NCBI GenBank assembly: GCA_944358825.1
Contig: CALVSA010000002.1
Location: 17,707 to 81,706 of the forward strand
Source: an uncultured Bacilli bacterium
GTDB taxonomy: Bacteria > Bacillota_I > Bacilli_A > RF39 > UBA660
Reading direction: 5' to 3'
DNA: 64,000 bases
Part shown: positions 38,534 through 49,162 of the stretch, in pieces
Layout of the letters: every line of letters begins with the position of its first letter
Position numbering within the stretch: the first letter of the stretch is position 1
Notes under the pieces: generated by a model
Told to the model about the DNA's origin: nothing
The model's database searches: none
Seen by the model: the letters and a program-made list of their open reading frames with translations, nothing else
Program-made: the position numbers and the translations under genes

Positions 38534-38953
38534 CTATTTTTCAATCATGTTTAATAAATTAATTTTAAATATATCTTTTTCAGCATGACTTTTAGATACC
38601 ATTACTCCTTTATAAGTAGTAAGTTCTCTTTGGTGTCCTTCTGTTAATATTTCTTCTGGTGTAATTGTATCTAACATAACTATCTTTTGATTAGCGTATA
38701 CTGTATAATGTAATACTATGTCTCCATGAACTTTAGAAAACATCTCATCAGTTGGTAATTTTAATTCATATTTTGTAATTCCATCTTTAGTGTTTTTAGA
38801 AACGGCAACCCCCTTAAATTCACCGTCTCTAAAAGAAGGATAATAATCAAACATCATTTTTTTGTAAGCAAGCATATTATACTTCTTAATAGATCTTTCC
38901 TTTTTTCTAAATTCATTTTCATTTAAATATTCAATAACATAAGCATTTTTCAT
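38534..38953 (-). CDS. Hypothetical protein (139 aa)
   Basis: ORF with an AAGGGGG RBS. No confident family. Confidence 0.4.
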   Translation of the reverse strand: MKNAYVIEYLNENEFRKKERSIKKYNMLAYKKMMFDYYPSFRDGEFKGVAVSKNTKDGITKYELKLPTDEMFSKVHGDIVLHYTVYANQKIVMLDTITPEEILTEGHQRELTTYKGVMVSKSHAEKDIFKINLLNMIEK

Positions 38954-39089
38954 TTAAAATACCCCCTTTTTTCCATCTATTATTCAACCAGTGTATATAA
39001 ATTATAGCACTTTTTTCCTTGTTTGTCAACACTTTTTTACAAAAAACATAAACATGTGTTCTAACAAACAATCGTTAAATTATTTTAAA

Positions 39090-39118
39090 TTGCATAAATA
39101 GTTAATTTTTGATATAAT
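39090..39118 (+). promoter_or_regulatory. Sigma-A-type promoter of the sortase gene
   Basis: TTGCAT -35 (39090..39095), a 17-nt spacer and TATAAT -10 (39113..39118). Confidence 0.55.
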
Positions 39119-39134
39119 TATGATGGTGATATAC

Positions 39135-39971
39135 ATGAGTAATAAAAAACAGGTAGTAAAAAAAAGAAGAAGAGTTAAACTATGGGTATGGGTAGTTATT
39201 GCAACTATTCTACTTAGTACAGTATTTATTTCTATAGGAAAAATAATATTATGGCAACTTGATAACAATAAATCTAAAGGTATTAAAGATGAAGTTGATA
39301 CAATTGCTGAAGTTGATGAGATTGAAGATAATGAAAACACAGAATTAATTAATGAACCTACTGATCAAAATAGTGATTATTGGTATTATATATCTTTTCC
39401 GCTTATTAATGTTGATTTTAGCGAACTAAAAAAGAAAAATTCTGATACTGTTGCATGGATTAATGTTAATAATACTAATATTAATTATCCAATTGTGCAA
39501 ACTTCCGATAATGATTTTTATTTAGATCATTCTTATGATAAGTCTTATAATGAGGCCGGATGGGTATTTTTAGATTATCGTAATGATTCTTCATTTAGTG
39601 ATAAAAACACTATTATATATGCTCATAGTAGATTGGATAAAACTATGTTTGGTAGTTTAAGTAAAACACTTAAACCAGAATGGTATGAAAATAAGGATAA
39701 TCATATTATTAGAATTTCAAATGAAAAAGAAAATAGTTTATGGCAAATATTTTCAGTTTATGTAATTGAGACTGAAAGTTATTATATTACTACTAATTTT
39801 AATAGTGATGAGGAATATTTAACTTTTTTAGAAACAATGAAATCACGTAGTAGATATGATTTTGATACTAATTTGTCCGCTAGTGATAGAATAATTACTT
39901 TATCTACTTGTTATGATGATGATAGAAAAACTGTTGTTCATGCAAAATTAATTAAACGTGAATTAAAATAG
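39135..39971 (+). CDS. srtB: Class B sortase
   Basis: N-terminal TM anchor and the catalytic TLSTCYDDDRKTVVHAKL TLxTC motif. The His region IIYAHSR is present. Confidence 0.75.
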   Translation: MSNKKQVVKKRRRVKLWVWVVIATILLSTVFISIGKIILWQLDNNKSKGIKDEVDTIAEVDEIEDNENTELINEPTDQNSDYWYYISFPLINVDFSELKKKNSDTVAWINVNNTNINYPIVQTSDNDFYLDHSYDKSYNEAGWVFLDYRNDSSFSDKNTIIYAHSRLDKTMFGSLSKTLKPEWYENKDNHIIRISNEKENSLWQIFSVYVIETESYYITTNFNSDEEYLTFLETMKSRSRYDFDTNLSASDRIITLSTCYDDDRKTVVHAKLIKRELK

Positions 39972-39981
39972 CACTTTTGTG

Positions 39982-41100
39982 CTATTTTATTTTAATATCT
40001 TTATTTTTCACTTCATCTATAGTACTTACATAAGTAATTTTAAATACTTTATCATAATAAATTTTTCCATTTTTTAATAACAAAAACATATTAGTAAGAT
40101 AAAAAATTATAATAATTATAAAACATATAAAATATATCCATATAGAATATAATTCTGATAAGTTTAGAGTATTTACTACCATTATACCGGCTATTAATAT
40201 TAAAATTGGTAATATGAAATAGTAAAAGTAATTAAATATATTTTTAAAAATTAATCTTATAAACTTCATATTAGGAAAACTAAGTCTAATATTTAAAAAG
40301 TTACTAGCAATTGTTTTACCATTCCAAAAACAAGGAATTAATACATAATATATTATGAAAACTACTACTGTTGTTAATAATGTTTTAGAAAACATTGAAA
40401 CTATCATCAATAAAAAGAAGTATACAAAACAATCTAGAAAAAATAAAGTCATTCTTCTAAAACCTGATACTTTCTTACCTTCTTCAAATGTATCTTCATC
40501 TATCTCATCACGTGTTGGTAGAAAATTATCTACTATTCCCATTATAAAGTAGCCTATAAGACCTCCTAGAGTATTTGTTATTAAATCATCTACATCAAAG
40601 AGTCTATATGCTTTTGGATATATTCCATAAAGACCAGTAAGTTGTGTGATTTCAAAAAATAATGAAAGTAATAATGTCAATATAAATGTCTTTTTTAAAC
40701 TACATTTATAGTAATATCTCAAATACATTCCAAATGGAATTGTCATTACAATATTAAAAACAAAGGTATAAACAATTGGATGACATAATGTAGGTATATA
40801 AGTGGAAGGATCTGTTATAGAAAAATTAGTTTCTCTAGCAATATTAGAAATAAAGGAAAATGGAGTTAATTGAAGTGCTTTTCCTGTCATATTTGCTACT
40901 TCTTCCCTACTAGGAAGTGGGAGTATTACTAGAAAATATATTGTGATTAGATAAAGTATAAATGAATATATTATTAAAACTCTAAATTTATTTATAGATC
41001 CATATTTATGATATTGATGTAGTATAAAAGGGATAGTAAATATAAATGATATGATTGGAAATATAATTACTGCTGTTTTTATTGGTTCTAAATATCCCAT
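39982..41100 (-). CDS. VanZ-like family membrane protein with an additional C-terminal multi-TM domain
   Basis: 372 aa. N-terminal VanZ-like 4-TM region, then additional TM helices. Confidence 0.55.
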   Translation of the reverse strand: MGYLEPIKTAVIIFPIISFIFTIPFILHQYHKYGSINKFRVLIIYSFILYLITIYFLVILPLPSREEVANMTGKALQLTPFSFISNIARETNFSITDPSTYIPTLCHPIVYTFVFNIVMTIPFGMYLRYYYKCSLKKTFILTLLLSLFFEITQLTGLYGIYPKAYRLFDVDDLITNTLGGLIGYFIMGIVDNFLPTRDEIDEDTFEEGKKVSGFRRMTLFFLDCFVYFFLLMIVSMFSKTLLTTVVVFIIYYVLIPCFWNGKTIASNFLNIRLSFPNMKFIRLIFKNIFNYFYYFILPILILIAGIMVVNTLNLSELYSIWIYFICFIIIIIFYLTNMFLLLKNGKIYYDKVFKITYVSTIDEVKNKDIKIK

Positions 41101-41183
41101 AAAATAGTAGTAAAATATACTAATTTCTTTTTATTATTAATGTTTTTTAAAACAGCATTTAAATTATAATTTCCAACCATCAT

Positions 41184-43232
41184 TTATCTCTCCTTTATAA
41201 TGTTTTTACTACATAAATAAGTAATTAAGAAATATCCACCATAGATAAATACGATAACTCCTGCAGTTACTATAATTGATTTTATTAATTCGTCTTTACC
41301 GAAAGTTTCTAATAAATATGCACAAAATTTAATTCCAAAAATAGAATGAATAATTGCTAATATAAGTGGGAATAAGAAAAATATTCCAATTTGTCTAAAT
41401 AGTGCTTTATTAAGCATTTTCTCATCTGTACCAATCTTTCTTAACATATTAAATCTCTCTTTATTATCAGTAGATTCTGATAATTCTTTTAACGCTAAAA
41501 TTGCTGCACTGGCAATTAAGAATATGATACCTAAATATAATCCAATGAAAGTAATCATGGCTCCAAGTCCAATACTAGATTCATATAAAGATATTTTGGT
41601 ACTTGCTTCTATAGTAGTACTTGATGCATAAGGACTATTTTCAGTTGCAATTATCATATCTTCTATTTCTTGTTTTTCTTCATCCGTATTAGCATTATAA
41701 TTAGCAACCATTATTCCAGTTTCTTTTTCAATGTTATTAACTGCATTATCTGGAACAACAAATACTCCTGTATTTATATGGCTACTTGTCATATAAATAA
41801 ATCCATTTACACATTCATCATATTTTGGAGTTAATGTAACATCATTTAAAGTAATTGAAGTATTATTTTTTAAGCTTTGATTTCTAATATTAACCCAAGA
41901 ATCAAAATCAGCTATAATTATATATTCATTATTATTTAGATGAACTTGGTCTAATCCATATAATTTAGCTATTTTATTATAATCGCTTACTTTGATAAAA
42001 GTCTCAGCACTATCATAGTTTAAATACGGAAACTGTTTAGCTATCTCTTCGTAAGAACTACCTAAAGTATCTCTTATTAAAATATCATTAGTTGCATATA
42101 AATTAACTTCAACTATGTCTTTAAAATATTTATCTACATCAAAGCCTAATCTATTTAAGCTTTCTTTTATAGAGACTTTTGAATCTTCTATAATATTTTT
42201 TGAATATTCATTATTTTCTTCTAAATCTAACTTTTTATCAAGTTGTATATCAGCAGGTACCATAGTTGTTAAATTACTTGTCATAGAATTTCTTATAGAA
42301 ATTGCACTTGATAATACACAAATTGTAAAAAATAGCATTAAACATATAACAGTCATTGAAAATACTGTTGTATTAATTTTACTACTAAATTGTCTTAATG
42401 TAAAACTATTTAATCCTTTATAGTAGACATTTTTCATATTCATAAATATTTTCAATAATAATCCTGATAAAGACCAGAAAATAAAAAATGTCGATAATGC
42501 TCCTATAGCAATTGGAATTAATATTTTATCAGCTGTTTGCATATCAGTTGCACCAGTTGTTACACAAAAGTAAGCGTACGCTAATGCGCAAACTGAAATT
42601 ATAAATACAATGATACAAAGCCATGGATTTTTCAACTTAATTTGTTCTGATTTTTTATTGGCATTTAGTAAGTCAATTAGCTTACAACGACTTACATTAT
42701 ATGTGTTAAAAATCATAACAAGTACATACATTACACTAAAATATATAAGTGTTTTTATGCAAGCTGATGATGAGAAGATAAATTCAAATTCAGTCATCTT
42801 AGCTTCAAACATATTTGCAACAAGTAAGCTCATAACTTGTGATAATGCTGTTCCAAGCACTAGACCTACAATTAATGATATACATCCAATAATTAATGTT
42901 TCAAAGAATAATATTAATGATATTTTTCTTTTACTCATACCTAAAGTTAAATATATACCAAACTCTTTATTTCTTCTTTTCATCAAAAATCTATTGGCAT
43001 AAATAATTAAAAATCCTAATACACTTGCAACAAAGACACTTACACCAGATAACATACTATTCATAAGATCAATAATCTCATAAGTTGATGATGATACATT
43101 CATCATAACAGTTTGACTTTCAATCGCATTAAATATATAAAATATTGCCACACCTAATATTAAAGTAAAAAAGTAGATGGCATAATCTTTTATACTTCTA
43201 GCAATATTTTTTAATGATAGCTTAAAGAGCAT
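41184..43232 (-). CDS. BceB-type ABC transporter permease (FtsX-family, 10 TM with a large extracellular domain)
   Basis: 682 aa. Duplicated FtsX-like 4-TM modules with a domain of about 230 aa between TM7 and TM8. It overlaps the ATPase gene. Confidence 0.75.
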   Translation of the reverse strand: MLFKLSLKNIARSIKDYAIYFFTLILGVAIFYIFNAIESQTVMMNVSSSTYEIIDLMNSMLSGVSVFVASVLGFLIIYANRFLMKRRNKEFGIYLTLGMSKRKISLILFFETLIIGCISLIVGLVLGTALSQVMSLLVANMFEAKMTEFEFIFSSSACIKTLIYFSVMYVLVMIFNTYNVSRCKLIDLLNANKKSEQIKLKNPWLCIIVFIISVCALAYAYFCVTTGATDMQTADKILIPIAIGALSTFFIFWSLSGLLLKIFMNMKNVYYKGLNSFTLRQFSSKINTTVFSMTVICLMLFFTICVLSSAISIRNSMTSNLTTMVPADIQLDKKLDLEENNEYSKNIIEDSKVSIKESLNRLGFDVDKYFKDIVEVNLYATNDILIRDTLGSSYEEIAKQFPYLNYDSAETFIKVSDYNKIAKLYGLDQVHLNNNEYIIIADFDSWVNIRNQSLKNNTSITLNDVTLTPKYDECVNGFIYMTSSHINTGVFVVPDNAVNNIEKETGIMVANYNANTDEEKQEIEDMIIATENSPYASSTTIEASTKISLYESSIGLGAMITFIGLYLGIIFLIASAAILALKELSESTDNKERFNMLRKIGTDEKMLNKALFRQIGIFFLFPLILAIIHSIFGIKFCAYLLETFGKDELIKSIIVTAGVIVFIYGGYFLITYLCSKNIIKER

Positions 43233-43989
43233 CGTTTAAATCTCCACCTAATAGGGTTACAACATCAATAATTTTATCAAAAAATTCTTTTCTTGAATCA
43301 TCACCTTTATGTAATTCATTAAAAATTTTACCATCCTTGATAAAAATTACACGTGTTGCATAACTAGCTGTAAAAGCATCATGAGTAACCATTAAAATTG
43401 TGGCCTTAAGTTCTTTATTTAAATAATCGAATCTCTCTAATAGCATTTTAGCTGATTTAGAATCTAGTGCACCAGTTGGTTCATCTGCTAAAACGAGTTT
43501 AGGATTAGTAATAATTGCTCTAGCAGAGGCAACTCTTTGTTTTTGTCCGCCACTCATTTGATATGGATACTTTTTCAAAACATCTTTAATATCTAACTCT
43601 TTAGCGACTTTATCAACTCTTTTAGCGATTTCATTAAAGCCTACATTTTGAATAGATAAAGCTAGAGCAATATTTTCATAAGCATTCAAGGTATCAAGTA
43701 AATTAAAGTCTTGAAAAATAAATCCTAATTCTTCTCTTCTAAATTTATTAAGACTATTACCTTTTAATTTAGTAATATCTTGTCCATCTACAAAGATATG
43801 TCCACTTGTAACTCTATCGATTGTAGAAATACAATTTAGTAGTGTTGTTTTACCGCTACCACTTGCGCCCATTATGGCAACAAATTCACCTTTTTCTACT
43901 TCAAAAGATATATTATTTATAGCTTTTGTAAGACTTGATTTACTACCATAATATTTTTCAATATTATTAATTTTTAAAATACTTTCCAT
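43222..43989 (-). CDS. BceA/MacB-type ABC transporter ATP-binding protein
   Basis: Walker A GASGSGKTT, signature MSGGQKQRVASARA and Walker B LADEPTGALD. Confidence 0.85.
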   Translation of the reverse strand: MESILKINNIEKYYGSKSSLTKAINNISFEVEKGEFVAIMGASGSGKTTLLNCISTIDRVTSGHIFVDGQDITKLKGNSLNKFRREELGFIFQDFNLLDTLNAYENIALALSIQNVGFNEIAKRVDKVAKELDIKDVLKKYPYQMSGGQKQRVASARAIITNPKLVLADEPTGALDSKSAKMLLERFDYLNKELKATILMVTHDAFTASYATRVIFIKDGKIFNELHKGDDSRKEFFDKIIDVVTLLGGDLNDAL

Positions 43990-44087
43990 ATAATTTCTCC
44001 TTTCATGCTTAAATTTTACGATAAAAAAAGAACTTTGTCGTTATTTTAATATTACACTACATTACAATTTTGTAATAGTTAAAATTA

Positions 44088-45107
44088 TTAGTTTTTTATT
44101 TTATAAAAATCATTTTTAGAAAATGATATTATAACATCTGTATATTCATTTTGAACTGATTTAACAACAATTTTATGTCCTAATTTTTCGCATAATCTTT
44201 TAACTATATATAATCCCATTCCTGTTGTTTTTGATCTATTTCTTCCATTTTCTCCTGTAAATGTTTTTTCAAAAACTCTTTTTATATCTTTAGCAGGTAT
44301 TCCAATACCATTATCATAAATATGTAGATCTATTTGTTTTGAGTGTTCTTCTGTCTTTAATTTAATAATACTGTCTACATCATCTCTAGTATATTTAATA
44401 CTATTACTTATAATTTGATTAATAATAAATTCTAACCATTTAGAATCAGTAAGTACCATCTCATCATTAACTTCTACATTTAAACTGATATTATTTGCAA
44501 GTAAATCATCTTTATTTTTCATAGCGACATTATTTATAATTTTTTTTAAATTAGTCTCTTTAATCAAATAATCTTTTTCGGCATTTTCACTTCTTACAAA
44601 ATATAATATTTGATCTACATAACTATCTATTTTTCTAATTTGTTCTTCATATCTTTTATAGAGCTTATTTTTTTGATTGTGATTCATCAGGGTTAAACTA
44701 GATATAGGTAATTTTATTTCATGAATCCAAAGTTCAATATATTCTTTAAAGTCTATTAAGCTAATTTCATATTGTTTTACATTTTCGTTCATTGATTTAT
44801 TTATTTCATATAAAACTTGATAAAATATTTTCCCATCATAAAAAGATGGTTCATTTAACATTTCTAAAACTAAATATTTTTTGTCTAATTTATCTACATT
44901 ATTAATTAAATTATTATAAAATTTTCTTCTTTTTATATATCCAATTAATATTACACCAAAACAGCTAATAATTAAGATTATTGTTATACCAATAATAACT
45001 TGACTAGGCACTTTAAAGGCAAATAGCATCATGAGAATTATTATATATCCAAAAATAACAATTAATATTTCTATATATTTATCTATCAGATATTTTCCAA
45101 ATTTCAT
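44088..45107 (-). CDS. Intramembrane-sensing histidine kinase (BceS-like)
   Basis: Two N-terminal TM helices with no extracellular domain, an H-box EIKLPISS and HATPase motifs (DNGIGIP, GMGLYIV). Confidence 0.8.
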   Translation of the reverse strand: MKFGKYLIDKYIEILIVIFGYIIILMMLFAFKVPSQVIIGITIILIISCFGVILIGYIKRRKFYNNLINNVDKLDKKYLVLEMLNEPSFYDGKIFYQVLYEINKSMNENVKQYEISLIDFKEYIELWIHEIKLPISSLTLMNHNQKNKLYKRYEEQIRKIDSYVDQILYFVRSENAEKDYLIKETNLKKIINNVAMKNKDDLLANNISLNVEVNDEMVLTDSKWLEFIINQIISNSIKYTRDDVDSIIKLKTEEHSKQIDLHIYDNGIGIPAKDIKRVFEKTFTGENGRNRSKTTGMGLYIVKRLCEKLGHKIVVKSVQNEYTDVIISFSKNDFYKIKN

Positions 45108-45766
45108 AATAATTTATATCCTTGTCCTTTTTTTGTTTCAATTGCATTTTCTATACCAAAGTCTTCTAATTTTGCTCTTAATCTACTAATATTTACCGTT
45201 AAGGCATTTTCATTAACATATTCTTCATTATTCCAAAGTTCAGTCATAAGTTCGTCTCTTGTTACGATATTTCCTCTATTTCTTAAAAGAAGAGAAAATA
45301 TTATCATTTCATTTTTAGTTAAATCTAGTTCTTTATTATCTTTTACTAACATTCCTTTATTTTGATATACTTTTATATCATCATAAGTAATTACATTAAT
45401 ATTTTTCTCCATTCTTTTAAAAATATTGCCAATTCTTAAGAGTAATATATTTGGATTATATGGTTTTGTTATATAATCATCAGATCCATAAGACATAGAT
45501 AATACTTCATCAGTAACATTTGCTCTACTTGTTAGCATAATAATTGGTACGTTAGTTGTTTTTCTAATTTCTTTTAAAATGAATTCACCATTTACTTTTG
45601 GAAGATTTATATCTAAAAGTAGTAAATCAAATTCAGTATTTAAAATATCATTTAAAGTATTATCAAATTTTTCTAGTAAGATTACATTATAACCAGAAGT
45701 TTCTAATAATTCTTTTAACTCATCTCTAATTGTCTTTTCATCTTCAACGACTAAAATTGTTTTCAT
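45104..45766 (-). CDS. OmpR-family response regulator (BceR-like)
   Basis: Receiver domain (DEKT.., LLLLDINLP) plus a winged-helix trans_reg_C C-terminus. It overlaps the kinase gene. Confidence 0.85.
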   Translation of the reverse strand: MKTILVVEDEKTIRDELKELLETSGYNVILLEKFDNTLNDILNTEFDLLLLDINLPKVNGEFILKEIRKTTNVPIIMLTSRANVTDEVLSMSYGSDDYITKPYNPNILLLRIGNIFKRMEKNINVITYDDIKVYQNKGMLVKDNKELDLTKNEMIIFSLLLRNRGNIVTRDELMTELWNNEEYVNENALTVNISRLRAKLEDFGIENAIETKKGQGYKLL

Positions 45767-45934
45767 AAATTATCACTTCCTATATCAATTATACCATTAT
45801 TTACTCTTTTTTGATATTACAATACCGTAATACTATATTAATAATTAATATAGTATAAATAACTTCATCATATGATGAAGTTATTCTACATTTTCTAAAA
45901 ATATTAATAAGTATATATTTATAATCACTTATAG

Positions 45935-48565
45935 CTAATTATTCTCTTTTTTTCGTATCGTTGCTTGAGCCGCGGCTAATTTGGCTATAGGTATTCTATA
46001 AGTGGAACAAGATACATAATTTAATCCTAGTTTTTGACAAAATTCAATTGATTTAACTTCTCCGCCATGTTCACCACAAATACCTAATTTAATATTTGGT
46101 TTGGCTTTTTTAGCTAAATGAACTGATATTTGCATTAATTTGCCTACTCCTTTTTGATCTATGGTTTCAAAAGGATTAAAGCTTAATATATTTTTCTTAT
46201 AATAATCGTTTAAGAATTTTTCTGAATCATCGCGAGAAAATCCAAATGTTAATTGTGTTAAATCATTAGTTCCATAACTAAAGAAGTCTGCTTTAGTGGC
46301 TATTTCATTAGATAAAACGGCTGCTCTTGGTACTTCTATCATTGTTCCAACTTTATAGCTTATTTGTTTATTTTTCTTCTTCATTATTAATTTAGCTGTA
46401 TCATCAACTACTTTTTTTACATATTCTAATTCTTTTATATCTCCTACTAATGGGATCATTATTTCTGGTTCTATTTGTATTTTGTCATTACTTACATTAA
46501 TTGCTGCTTCGATAATTGCACGGGCTTGCATTATAGCAATTTCTTTATAAGTTATAGATAAGCGACAACCACGATGTCCCATCATTGGATTAAATTCTCT
46601 TAATTCTTCAATTCTTTTTTCAATTTTTGCTACTGTTACATTTAAGGTATCTGCTAATTTTTTAACATCTTCTTTTGTTTTTGGTAAAAATTCATGAAGA
46701 GGTGGATCTAATAATCTGATTGTAACTGGTTTATCTTGCATAACTCTAAATATTTCTTCATAATCTTGTTTTTGATAACCAAGTAATTTAGCAATTGCCT
46801 TATTTCTATCTAAATCATTATCTGCAATTATCATTTGTCTTATAGCAAGTATTCTTTTATCTTCAAAAAACATATGCTCACTACGACAAAGACCTATGCC
46901 TTCCGCTCCAAATGCTAAAGCTTGTTTAGCATCTTTAGCATTATCAGCATTTACATATACTCCTAGATTTTTTATCTCTTCTACGTAAGACATAAATGTT
47001 TTAAAATCACCGGTTATACTTGGTTCTACTAAATCTATTTTATCTAAATATACTAATCCTGTTGAACCATCCAGAGAAATATAATCTTTCTCATGTAAAG
47101 TTAAATTATTTTTAAAAGTTATTGTCTTATTATTTTCATTAACTATTACATCACTTGCTCCAGATACACAGCATTTACCCATTCCTCTTGCCACAACTGC
47201 AGCATGGGAAGTTTTTCCTCCATGAACTGTTAATATTCCATTAGCACTATTTATTCCTTCTATATCTTCGGCTGATGTTTCATTTCTTACTAGTATTACA
47301 TCTTCTCCATTTTTATGAGCGATTATTGCTTCTTTGGCATTAAAATATATTTTACCTACTGCTGCTCCTGGGGAAGCCGCTAATCCTTCTGCAATTATTT
47401 TTGCTTCTTTTAATTTTTCTTCATCAAATGTTTTATGTAATAGTTGATCTAGAGTATTAGCATCTACCATTAATATAGCTTCTTCTTTAGTAATTAATTT
47501 TTCTTTATACATATCAACTGCTATTTTTATTGCGGATTTTGCTGTTCTTTTTCCATTTCTTGTTTGTAAAATATATAATTTTTTATTTTCAATAGTAAAT
47601 TCCATATCTTGCATATTAGCATAGTGTTTTTCCAATTTTTTAGCACACATTAAAAATTCATCATAAATACTTGGCATTTCTTTTTTTAATTTAGAAATAT
47701 CAGATGGAGTTCTAGAGCCTGATACAATGTCTTCTCCTTGAGCATTTATTAAATATTCTCCATATAGTTTATCTTCTCCTGTTACAGGATTTCTAGAAAA
47801 TGCTACTCCAGTTCCACTAGTATCTCCCATATTTCCATATACCATTTCTTGAACATTTACGGCTGTTCCAAAGCAATCTGTTATATGATTCATTTTCCTA
47901 TATGCAATTGCTCTATCATTATTCCATGATTCAAATACAGCACAAATTGCTTCTTGTAGTTGTTCTTTTGGATCTTGTGGAAATTCTCTATTAGCATATT
48001 TTTTATAAATATTTTTAAATTCATATGTGATTTTTTCCATATCATCGCCAGATAATTTAGTCTCACTGCTGACGTTCGCTTCTTTTTTTACTCTTGTTAA
48101 TACTTCTTCAAAATCACTAATTGGATATCCTTTTACAACATCGGAATACATCATTATTAAGCGACGATATGAATCGTAGGCAAAGAATTTATTATTAGTT
48201 AATTTGGAAATAACTTCTACTACTTTATCGTTCATACCTAAATTTAATATACTATCCATCATTCCTGGCATCGATACTTTGGCGCCACTTCTTACTGATA
48301 ATAATAAAGGATTTTGATCATCATTTAGTTTTTTATTAGTTTTTGTTTCTACTTCTTTTATTTTCTCTTCTATTTCTGAAATTAATGATTTTGATAATGT
48401 TTTGTTTTCTTTATAATAATTACTACAAGCTTCAGTAGTTATTGTAAATCCTTTAGGAACTGGCAAGCCTAAATTAGTCATTTCTGCTAAATTTGCACCT
48501 TTACCTCCTAGTAAAGCACGCATATCTTTGTTACCTTCGTTAAAAGCATAAACATATTTTTTCAT
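45935..48565 (-). CDS. ppdK: Pyruvate, phosphate dikinase
   Basis: 876 aa. The PPDK N-terminus is MKKYVYAFNEGNKDMRALLGGKGANLAEM. The phospho-His domain is GGKTSHAAVVARGMG, and there is a C-terminal PEP-utilising TIM barrel. Confidence 0.9.
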   Translation of the reverse strand: MKKYVYAFNEGNKDMRALLGGKGANLAEMTNLGLPVPKGFTITTEACSNYYKENKTLSKSLISEIEEKIKEVETKTNKKLNDDQNPLLLSVRSGAKVSMPGMMDSILNLGMNDKVVEVISKLTNNKFFAYDSYRRLIMMYSDVVKGYPISDFEEVLTRVKKEANVSSETKLSGDDMEKITYEFKNIYKKYANREFPQDPKEQLQEAICAVFESWNNDRAIAYRKMNHITDCFGTAVNVQEMVYGNMGDTSGTGVAFSRNPVTGEDKLYGEYLINAQGEDIVSGSRTPSDISKLKKEMPSIYDEFLMCAKKLEKHYANMQDMEFTIENKKLYILQTRNGKRTAKSAIKIAVDMYKEKLITKEEAILMVDANTLDQLLHKTFDEEKLKEAKIIAEGLAASPGAAVGKIYFNAKEAIIAHKNGEDVILVRNETSAEDIEGINSANGILTVHGGKTSHAAVVARGMGKCCVSGASDVIVNENNKTITFKNNLTLHEKDYISLDGSTGLVYLDKIDLVEPSITGDFKTFMSYVEEIKNLGVYVNADNAKDAKQALAFGAEGIGLCRSEHMFFEDKRILAIRQMIIADNDLDRNKAIAKLLGYQKQDYEEIFRVMQDKPVTIRLLDPPLHEFLPKTKEDVKKLADTLNVTVAKIEKRIEELREFNPMMGHRGCRLSITYKEIAIMQARAIIEAAINVSNDKIQIEPEIMIPLVGDIKELEYVKKVVDDTAKLIMKKKNKQISYKVGTMIEVPRAAVLSNEIATKADFFSYGTNDLTQLTFGFSRDDSEKFLNDYYKKNILSFNPFETIDQKGVGKLMQISVHLAKKAKPNIKLGICGEHGGEVKSIEFCQKLGLNYVSCSTYRIPIAKLAAAQATIRKKENN

Positions 48566-49150
48566 CTAATCACCCTTTTTTAATATTTTCTTTTTACAAA
48601 ATCTACATAAAGAATCATATGTTATTTCTTCATTTGCTCCATCAATTACGATTTGTTTTCCTTTATCAGTTGCTATACCATTTACATATCTAATTACTTC
48701 TGTTGCTTTATTTCCACATGAGCATACAGTTTTGATCTCTTCAATACTATTGGCAGTTTCTACTAATCTTTTACTGCCCACGAATAGATGAGAAGTAAAA
48801 TCTTTTAATAACCCATAACATATAACTGGAATATTTAAATAATCTACTACATCTGTTAGCTCATCTACATGATGTTCTTCTAAAAATTGTGCTTCATCTA
48901 TTAGAATACAACTAATTTTTTTATTTTGATTTTTTATTAATTCAAATAAATTATCTTCTTTAGTTATTAAATGATCAACCATCATAGTCTCTGAATTTCT
49001 TGGTACTATTTTATCATCACCTTTTGTATCTATTGATGGTTTCATTATATATGTTTGCATTCCTCTTTCTTTGTAGTTATAAAATACTGATATAAGTTGT
49101 CTAGATTTACCAGAATTCATTGGTCCATATCTAAAATATAATTTTGCCAT
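48566..49150 (-). CDS. tdk: Thymidine kinase
   Basis: 194 aa with the P-loop YGPMNSGKS and a C-terminal zinc ribbon CSCG...CRFC. Confidence 0.85.
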   Translation of the reverse strand: MAKLYFRYGPMNSGKSRQLISVFYNYKERGMQTYIMKPSIDTKGDDKIVPRNSETMMVDHLITKEDNLFELIKNQNKKISCILIDEAQFLEEHHVDELTDVVDYLNIPVICYGLLKDFTSHLFVGSKRLVETANSIEEIKTVCSCGNKATEVIRYVNGIATDKGKQIVIDGANEEITYDSLCRFCKKKILKKGD

Positions 49151-49162
49151 AATTCACTTCCT

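Noticed and set aside
38534-38953. RelE/ParE-type toxin assignment for the 139-aa ORF
   Set aside because: It is longer than typical toxins. There are no clear conserved catalytic residues and no adjacent antitoxin-sized ORF. It is kept as hypothetical.
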